Positions 57,318 to 64,000 of a DNA stretch of 64,000 bases are shown here, piece by piece. The DNA is from Candidatus Eiseniibacteriota bacterium (GTDB lineage: Bacteria > Eisenbacteria > RBG-16-71-46). Under the pieces are notes generated by a model. That model was not told the DNA's origin. It worked only from the letters and a program-made list of their open reading frames with translations, and made no database searches. The translations under genes and the position numbers were made by a program. Where the stretch lies: contig JBGPFC010000017.1 in the NCBI GenBank assembly GCA_041483195.1, positions 20,310-84,309 of the forward strand, written 5' to 3'. Numbering within the stretch: the stretch's first letter is position 1; the number at the start of each line of letters is the position of its first letter.

Positions 57318-58238
57318 ATGCCACGCAAGTCCCCTCGCGCGCGAAAGAAGCCCGATCCGCCGCGGATCCGCGGCACGGGCCGGCCGCGCGCGAAGCCGGG
57401 ACGCGGGCGCTCGAGCGCCGCGCGTTCGATCGCCCGCGCCGCGCAATCGGCCCACGCGCCGAAGGGCGCGCGCCCCGCGTCGAAGCACACCCGCGCCGGG
57501 ACGCGCCCGCGCGCCGCGCGCCCGCGCGCCGCGCGCCCGCGCGCGGTCCCCCGCCCGCCGAAGCTGCGCGCCGCGCGGCCGCGCTCGCGCCCGACGCCCC
57601 CCGATCCCGCGCGCGTCGCCGACCTCATCGAGCGCCTCGAGCGCGCGTTTCCCGCGCCGGCCACCGCGCTCGACTTTCACGATCCGCTTCAGCTCCTGAT
57701 CGCGACCATCCTGTCCGCGCAGTGCACGGACGCGCGGGTGAACATGGTGACGCCCGCGCTGTTCGCGAAGTATCCAGACGCGCGCGCGTTCGCGGCCGCG
57801 CCCCAGGCCGACGTCGAGGCGTTGATCCGCTCGACGGGATTCTTCAGGAACAAGGCACGCTCCATCCGCGAATGTTGCGGGGACATCGTCGCGCGGCACG
57901 GCGGAGAAGTGCCCCGCACGCTCGAAGCGCTCACCGCGCTGCGCGGCGTCGGCCGCAAGACCGCGAACGTCGTGCTCGGGAACGCCTACGGGATCCCGGG
58001 TCTCGTGGTGGACACCCACGTCGCGCGGCTCTCGAACCGGCTCGGGCTCACCCGCGAAACGGATCCGGTCAAGATCGAGTTCGCGCTGATGCCGATCGTG
58101 CCCCGCGAGCGGTGGACGGCGTTTTCACACTGGCTCATCCTGCACGGGCGGGCGACCTGCATCGCGCGCAAGCCGCGCTGCTCGGCCTGCTCGCTCGCGA
58201 CGTGCTGCCCGCGCGTCGGAGTGACGGCGTCGCAGTAG
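57318..58238 (+). CDS. nth: Endonuclease III with basic low-complexity N-terminal extension
   Basis: LSAQCTD, GVGRKTA, VDTH, C-x6-C-x2-C-x5-C. Confidence 0.95.
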   Translation: MPRKSPRARKKPDPPRIRGTGRPRAKPGRGRSSAARSIARAAQSAHAPKGARPASKHTRAGTRPRAARPRAARPRAVPRPPKLRAARPRSRPTPPDPARVADLIERLERAFPAPATALDFHDPLQLLIATILSAQCTDARVNMVTPALFAKYPDARAFAAAPQADVEALIRSTGFFRNKARSIRECCGDIVARHGGEVPRTLEALTALRGVGRKTANVVLGNAYGIPGLVVDTHVARLSNRLGLTRETDPVKIEFALMPIVPRERWTAFSHWLILHGRATCIARKPRCSACSLATCCPRVGVTASQ

Positions 58239-58270
58239 CGGCATCGCCTCCCGCCCGCGCCGCCGATGGA

Positions 58271-60130
58271 ATGAAGAGGAAACGGCAAGAGCCCGCCGCG
58301 GTGCCCGCGCGCGCCTCGTCGCGCGCGCGCGCGGCATCCGCGCGCACCGCGCCCGATCGTCTCCCCGACGAGGTCGCGCGCCGCGCGGCGACGGCGCTCG
58401 CGGTCACGCTCGCGCTGCTGGTGCTCGCGCGCGCGGCGTTCGCGCTCGTCCCATCGATGACGCTCTGGGGCCTCGGCCTCTCGCGGTTCGTCGCGCCGGT
58501 GCCTGCCTGGTCGCTGCTCGCGCTTGCGGCGCTCTCGCTGGTTCCGGCGTTCGCGGCGCGCGTGAGCCCCGCGATCGAGCGCGCGGGGGAGACCATCGCC
58601 CGCTCGCCGGGCGTCGCATATACGGTCGCCGCGCTCTTCATCGCGATCGCGGTGCTCGCGCTGCCGGACCGGCTCCAGCTGGTTGGCGATTACCTCATGC
58701 GGCTCGGCACCGCGCGCGGCAAGATCCCCACCCAGGTCGTGTTTCCGCAGGCGCTCCCGCTCGACCTCGCGTTGCATCACGGGCTGCAGACCGCGTTGCG
58801 GCGGGCGATCGCGCTGGACGCGAACGACACGTCGCGCGCCCTGGGCGCGATCGAGGCCGGCGCGCTCGCGATCCTCGGGGTGATGTTCGCGCGGGCGCTG
58901 CGCCTGCGCGGCGCCGCGGCGTTCGCGGTGGTGGCCGCAGCTGTCCTCACCTCCGCGCTCGGCATGTTCACCGGGTTCGCGAAGGCGTTCAGCGAGCTGT
59001 GCGTGATCTCCGCAGCGGTCGCGGCGCTCGGGATCCTCGCCGTGATCGAGGGCCGCGGCCTGCTGGCGCTGTCGATCGCGGTGAGCGTCGGCTTCATGCT
59101 CCATCGCTCTGCGCTGGTGTTCGCGCCGGCGTTCGCCGTCGTGGCGGTGCTCTGGTTCCGCGCGCACGGCGCGGCGGGGGCCTGGAGGCGGCCGCAGAAT
59201 CTCGCGGCGCTCGCGCTGCCGCCGCTCACGCTGGCGCTCATGCTGCCGCGGATCCGCGCGGCGATGGAGAGCATCGACCGCCTGCACGTGGCGCGCGAGG
59301 GCGCCGATCCCGCGCACGTGCTGGGCGCCGCGTTCCGGCCGCTCCACCTGCTCGACCTCGCGAACATGCTGTTCCAGATGGCGCCGCTCGCGCCGGTCGC
59401 GCTCGCGCTCGCCGCGGTGCTCGCGCCGTCGCTGCGCCGCCGCCGCGAGGCGCTGGTGCTGCTCGCGCTGGTGCTGCCGTTCATCGCGCTCATGCTGTTC
59501 GTGCATCCGCGCCAGGGATTGTTCCGCGACTGGGACGTGTTCGCGGCGGGCGTGGTCGCGATCTCGTTCGCGGCGGCATGGCTGATCGGCGAGACGCTGC
59601 GCGGGCAATCGCGCCACGCGTGGCTCGCGGTCGCGGTCGCGGCGGGCGCCCTCGCGCCCACCGCGCAGTGGCTGCTGCACAATGACGATCCGGCGCGCGG
59701 CCTGCAGCGCATCGAGGCGTATCTCGAGAGCGCGCCGCGCCGGCCGGACGAGGAGCGCGCGCTGCTGCTGGCCTACCTCGGCGTGCGTTATCAGGCGCTG
59801 GATCGAAAGCGCGAGGGCGCGGAGGCCTACGCCCGCGCGGCGGCGCTCGCGCCCAGCCCGCGCATCCTCTTCGAGTGGGCGATGGCGGAATCGGAGCGCG
59901 GCGAGAACGCGAAGGCCCAGGGCATCCTCCGTCGCATGACCGCCGGAACGCCCGACATGGCGAGCGCCTGGCTCGCGCTCGGGGTCGTCTCGATGCAGAT
60001 CGGCGACACGGCCGAATGCCGGCGCGCCGCGCGGCAGGCGCTCGCTTTGCAGCCGGGCCTCGGTCAGGCCGAGACGCTGCTGCGCGAGATCGATCGCTAC
60101 GGGGCCGGCAATGTCCGCGCGCCACGCTGA
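58271..60130 (+). CDS. Polytopic membrane protein + TPR, paralog 1 (GT-C-like)
   Basis: LPDR..VGDYLMR, PQALPLD, FTGFAK, LHRSAL, QGLFRDWD; C-terminal TPRs. Confidence 0.8.
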   Translation: MKRKRQEPAAVPARASSRARAASARTAPDRLPDEVARRAATALAVTLALLVLARAAFALVPSMTLWGLGLSRFVAPVPAWSLLALAALSLVPAFAARVSPAIERAGETIARSPGVAYTVAALFIAIAVLALPDRLQLVGDYLMRLGTARGKIPTQVVFPQALPLDLALHHGLQTALRRAIALDANDTSRALGAIEAGALAILGVMFARALRLRGAAAFAVVAAAVLTSALGMFTGFAKAFSELCVISAAVAALGILAVIEGRGLLALSIAVSVGFMLHRSALVFAPAFAVVAVLWFRAHGAAGAWRRPQNLAALALPPLTLALMLPRIRAAMESIDRLHVAREGADPAHVLGAAFRPLHLLDLANMLFQMAPLAPVALALAAVLAPSLRRRREALVLLALVLPFIALMLFVHPRQGLFRDWDVFAAGVVAISFAAAWLIGETLRGQSRHAWLAVAVAAGALAPTAQWLLHNDDPARGLQRIEAYLESAPRRPDEERALLLAYLGVRYQALDRKREGAEAYARAAALAPSPRILFEWAMAESERGENAKAQGILRRMTAGTPDMASAWLALGVVSMQIGDTAECRRAARQALALQPGLGQAETLLREIDRYGAGNVRAPR

Positions 60131-62015
60131 CCGCGGGCCGGCGCGGCCCGGACCGCGCGACGGAGCGAAGCGCGCACGCCAGGGCGCGGCGCCCGGGTCT
60201 CCGCGTGCGCCCGCGGTTCGCGCGCCGCGCGCCGCGCCGCTCCCGCCGCCCGCCGATCCCGCGCGCGGGGCGCGCGCCGCGGCCGCGCTCTGGACCGCCC
60301 TCGCGCTGCTCGCGGTCATGCGCGCCGCGCTCGCGTTCACGCCAGGCACGTGGGGCTGGAGCCTCGCGCTCAACCGCCATCTCGCGCCGCTGCCGGGCTG
60401 GGGAGCCTGGATCGTGCTCGCGCTCGCGCTGGTGCCGGCGGTCGCAGCGCGCATCGCCCCGCTCGCGGCGCGCGCCGGCGACGCGCTCGTCCGCGCCCCG
60501 GGCCGCGCCGCCACGCTGGGGGCGCTCGCCGCCGCAACGCTGGTGCTGCTGCTGCCCGATCGCGTGGGCTTCGTCGGCGACTTCCTGCTGCGGCGGAACA
60601 CGCTGGCGACCGAGGGGATCTCGCTCGCTCACTGGTACCCACAGGCGCTTCCGCTCGATCTCTTCATCCACGCGCACGCCGCGCACGCGCTGATGGGCGC
60701 GTTCGGGGTGAGCGGCGAAGTCGCCGCGCGGATGATCGGCGCGCTCGATGCCGCGCTGATGGCCGCGCTGGCGGTGCGATTCGCGTGGGCGCTGGGGCTC
60801 GCCGGCGCGGCCGCGCTCGCGGCGGCGGCCGGCGTGTTCTTCACGGGCGCGCTCACGCTCTTCACCGGCTACGACAAGGGCTTCGCCGAGATGACGCTGG
60901 TGGTCGCGGCGACCGGAGTGCTCGGCATGCGCGCGGCGCGCTCTGGGAGCGCGCTGCTGCCGCTCGGCCTGGTCGCGGCGGCGGGGTTCACGCTGCATCG
61001 CTCCGCGCTCGGGCTGCTGCCCGCGCTCGCGATCGCGTGGGGCTTCGCGCTGCGCGCCCGCGGCCGCGCCGCGTGGCGCGAGCCGGTCACCTGGATCGCG
61101 GCGGCGCTGCCGGTCGCGACCCTCGCGGCGATGCTGCCGCGTATCGTGGACATCATGCGGCGCATCGACCCCATCCACTTCACGCCGGCGGAGCCCGGCC
61201 GCGGCGTGCTCGCCTCGGCGTTCGCCGGCGCGCGACCCGCCGACATGCTCAATCTCGCCGTCATGCTCGCGCCGCTCGCGATCGCGATTCCGGCGGCGAT
61301 CCCGCTGGGCCGGGCCGCCTGGCGGCGGCGCGAGTGCGTGCTGCTGCTCGCGCTCGCGCTGCCGTTCGTGGCGCTGGTCCCGTTCATCCACGCGCAGCAG
61401 GGGCTGTTCCGCGACTGGGACGACTTCGCGGCCGCGGGGGTGGGCGTCGCGCTGCTCGCGGCGTTCCTCGCCGCGGAGACGCTGCGCGCCACGCCGAGGC
61501 ACGCGTGGCTCGCGGTACCGGTCGCGCTCGCGGCGATCGTGCCGAGCGCGCAGTGGCTCGCGCACGACGCGGATCTCGCGCGCGGCCTCGCGCGCGTTCG
61601 CGCGTTCGTCGAGGAGCGGCCCGCGCGCACGCCGTTCGAGCGCGCGATGACCTGGCAGTACCTGGGGCAGGTGAACGTGGAGGCGCGACACCCCGCGGCG
61701 GCGGCCGACGCCTACGCGCACGCCGCCCGGCTGCTCCCGAGCCCGCACATCCTTCGCCAGTGGGGCGCGGCCGAGACCATGGCGGGTCACGCGGACTCCG
61801 CGCGCCGCGTGTTCCGCACGCTGCTCGACCGGCTGCCGCACGACGAGATCGCGCTGCGCGGGGTCGCCGTGCTCTCGATGCACCTGCGCGACACCGCGCA
61901 GGCGCGCGCGTGCGCCGAGACGCTGCTGAGCGTTTCGCCAGGCGACCCCACCGCGCTCAAGGTGATCGAGCGCATCGCGAGCGGACACCCGTTCGATGTC
62001 GCGCCCCGGCCGTAA
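60111..62015 (+). CDS. Polytopic membrane protein + TPR, paralog 2
   Basis: Same motif series (VGDFLLR, PQALPLD, FTGYDK, LHRSAL, QGLFRDWD). Confidence 0.8.
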   Translation: MSARHADRGPARPGPRDGAKRARQGAAPGSPRAPAVRAPRAAPLPPPADPARGARAAAALWTALALLAVMRAALAFTPGTWGWSLALNRHLAPLPGWGAWIVLALALVPAVAARIAPLAARAGDALVRAPGRAATLGALAAATLVLLLPDRVGFVGDFLLRRNTLATEGISLAHWYPQALPLDLFIHAHAAHALMGAFGVSGEVAARMIGALDAALMAALAVRFAWALGLAGAAALAAAAGVFFTGALTLFTGYDKGFAEMTLVVAATGVLGMRAARSGSALLPLGLVAAAGFTLHRSALGLLPALAIAWGFALRARGRAAWREPVTWIAAALPVATLAAMLPRIVDIMRRIDPIHFTPAEPGRGVLASAFAGARPADMLNLAVMLAPLAIAIPAAIPLGRAAWRRRECVLLLALALPFVALVPFIHAQQGLFRDWDDFAAAGVGVALLAAFLAAETLRATPRHAWLAVPVALAAIVPSAQWLAHDADLARGLARVRAFVEERPARTPFERAMTWQYLGQVNVEARHPAAAADAYAHAARLLPSPHILRQWGAAETMAGHADSARRVFRTLLDRLPHDEIALRGVAVLSMHLRDTAQARACAETLLSVSPGDPTALKVIERIASGHPFDVAPRP

Positions 62016-63855
62016 GCCGGCGCACGGCGGCGCGCGAGCGTCCGACCGCGCCGCGTCGCCAGCGTCCGCCCGCGAGCGCGCGCCATCGGTCGCGTGGCCC
62101 GCCGCGGGCGAGGCCGATGCCACGCGCGCGGCGCGGGCGCTGTGGATCACGCTCGCGCTGCTCGCGCTCGCGCGATGCGCGCTCGCGTTCGTACCGTCGA
62201 TGGCGCTCTGGGGCCTGAACCTCTACCGCTTCCTCGCCCCGCCCGCGGCGTGGGGGCCATGGGCGCTGGCCGCGCTCGCGCTGATCCCCGCAGCATCGGC
62301 CTTCGCGACCCCGGCCTGCACACGCGCCGGCGACGCGCTGGTGCGTTCACGCGCGAGCTTGGCGCTCGCCGCGGTGCTCGCCGCGATGCTGGTGGGGGCG
62401 CTGCCGGACCGCGTGCGCTTCGTCGGAGATTTCCTGCTGAGGCAGGGCACGGTCGAGCAGGTGGGGCAGGCGGCCGTGCTCTTCCCGCAGGCGCTGCCGC
62501 TCGACGTGTTGCTGCACGTTCAGCTGCCGCGCGTGCTGACCGCCGCGCACCTGCTCGATGCGAACGGCGCGGCGCGTCTGCTCGGACTGGGCGAGGCCGC
62601 GCTGCTCGCGCTGGCGGCGGTGGCGTTCGCGCGCGCGACAGCGCTCGGGGGCGCGGCCGCCTTCGCCGTCGCGTGCATCGCGTTCTTCGGCGGCACACTC
62701 GGCATGTTCACCGGATTCGGCAAGGCGTTCTCCGAGATGGTGGTGCTGGTCGCGATCATGGGCGTGGCCGGCCTGCGCGTGATCCGCGAGGGGCGCGGGC
62801 TGCTCGCGCTCGGCGTCGCGATCGCGCTCGGATCGACCCTGCATCGCTCGGCGCTCGCGTTGCTGCCGGCCGGGGCCCTGGCCTACGGCTGGTGGTGGCG
62901 CGATCGCGGCGCGCGTGGCGCGTGGAAGCGGCCGGCCGAGGTCGCGGCCCATGTGATCCCGGTCGTGACGCTGATCGTGATGGTGCCCGTGATCGTCGCG
63001 ATCATGCGGCGCTGGGACGCGATCCACATCGTCCCCGAGGAGGTGCGCGCGCAGGGCGGCGTGTTGCGCGCGGCGTTCGCCGGGCCGCGAACGCTCGACC
63101 TCGCGAACCTGATCGTGCTGCTCGCCCCGCTCGCGCCCGCGGTTCCGGTGGTCGCGCTGGCGTTGCGCCGCGTGCCGGGGCGCGGGCGCGAGGCGCTGTT
63201 TCTCGCAGCGCTCGCGGCGCCGTTCATGATCACCATGCCGTTCATTCATCCGGCGCAGGGATTGTTCCGCGACTGGGACGATTTCGCGGCGGGGGGCGAA
63301 GCGCTCACCCTGCTCGCGGCCTGGCTGGTCGGGGAGACGCTGCGTGGGGCGCCGCGCTTCGCGTGGCTGGGCCTCGCGGCCGCGCTCGCGGCGGCCGCGC
63401 CATCGATGCAGTGGCTCGCGCACAACGCCGATCTCGACCGCGGGCTCGCGCGGGTCACGGCGTTCATGCGCGAGCCGCCGGCGCGCAGCGCCGGAGAGCG
63501 CGGCAAGACCTGGGACTACCTCGGCATCCGGAACTTCCGGCTCGCGCGCTGGGACGCGGCCGCCGCGGCGCTGGCGCGTGCGGCCGAAACCTCGCCCAGC
63601 CCGCGCATCCTGCTCGAATGGGCGACCGCCGAGACGCGACGCGGGGATCTCGCGGCAGCAGAGCGGGTGCTGGACCAGGCGGTCCTCCGCAGCCCGGAGG
63701 ACGGGATGGCGTGGACCGCGCTCACCACGGTCGCGGTGCGTCGCGGCGACCGCGACGGGGCGCGGCGCGCGGCGGAGGGGCTGCTGCGCGCGCGGCCCGG
63801 GGACGCCTACGCGCTCAAGATCCTCGCGGAGATCGGGGCGCGGCCCGCGCCCTGA
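61996..63855 (+). CDS. Polytopic membrane protein + TPR, paralog 3
   Basis: Same motif series (VGDFLLR, PQALPLD, FTGFGK, LHRSAL, QGLFRDWD). Confidence 0.8.
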   Translation: MSRPGRKPAHGGARASDRAASPASARERAPSVAWPAAGEADATRAARALWITLALLALARCALAFVPSMALWGLNLYRFLAPPAAWGPWALAALALIPAASAFATPACTRAGDALVRSRASLALAAVLAAMLVGALPDRVRFVGDFLLRQGTVEQVGQAAVLFPQALPLDVLLHVQLPRVLTAAHLLDANGAARLLGLGEAALLALAAVAFARATALGGAAAFAVACIAFFGGTLGMFTGFGKAFSEMVVLVAIMGVAGLRVIREGRGLLALGVAIALGSTLHRSALALLPAGALAYGWWWRDRGARGAWKRPAEVAAHVIPVVTLIVMVPVIVAIMRRWDAIHIVPEEVRAQGGVLRAAFAGPRTLDLANLIVLLAPLAPAVPVVALALRRVPGRGREALFLAALAAPFMITMPFIHPAQGLFRDWDDFAAGGEALTLLAAWLVGETLRGAPRFAWLGLAAALAAAAPSMQWLAHNADLDRGLARVTAFMREPPARSAGERGKTWDYLGIRNFRLARWDAAAAALARAAETSPSPRILLEWATAETRRGDLAAAERVLDQAVLRSPEDGMAWTALTTVAVRRGDRDGARRAAEGLLRARPGDAYALKILAEIGARPAP

Positions 63856-64000
63856 CCCTTAGGTTGTGCTGCGAGGAATGGGTCCGCGGTGGGAACTCGC
63901 GGTCGCGAGCGGGCGTCCACCGCTTCAATCGGCGTAGCGCAGGCGGTGGGTGCGGCCGCGCGGGATGCGGCGGGTGGGGATCGCTCCCCGGTAGTAGCGC

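Noticed and set aside
1..64000. CRISPR arrays, IS elements, integrases, prophage, rRNA and tRNA
   Set aside because: No spaced direct repeats, transposase/integrase motifs or structural RNA signatures seen by eye.
63856..64000. Terminal 145 nt
   Set aside because: No supportable ORF or motif before the window edge.

Overview
Very GC-rich, densely coding bacterial chromosomal window with about 55 supportable CDSs. No rRNA, tRNA, CRISPR array, integrase or transposase was seen. Most long ORFs in the six-frame track are GC-driven shadow frames. Housekeeping and metabolic genes include pepA, rlmD, argJ, an AroH-TyrA fusion, compact glgP, pabB/pabC, bshB1, nth and pepP, interspersed with many secreted, lipoprotein and outer-membrane proteins. 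The lineage resembles Candidatus Eisenbacteria or related FCB-adjacent phyla (inference from recalled protein styles, not verified). Main leads: (1) two unrelated Sec-exported proteins end in the same C-terminal tag, T-x-A-x-x-[ST]-TWGT[LI]K-x-LYR-stop, a candidate undescribed sorting or anchoring signal; (2) a 1703-aa Ser/Thr kinase-STAND-TPR-GAF-sigma54 activator with a non-canonical GAFTGA loop lies upstream of a sigma54 promoter for a small secreted protein, a degenerate stand-alone bEBP AAA+ domain and an atypical receiver domain; (3) an N-domain-less Lon keeps its protease dyad but has Walker B E->G and no pore-loop Tyr; (4) three tandem paralogous GT-C-like membrane+TPR proteins; (5) an orphan BoxB-like di-iron protein with a BadL-like GNAT; (6) at least seven correctly oriented sigma54 -24/-12 motifs. 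All family calls come from motif reading, not database searches.
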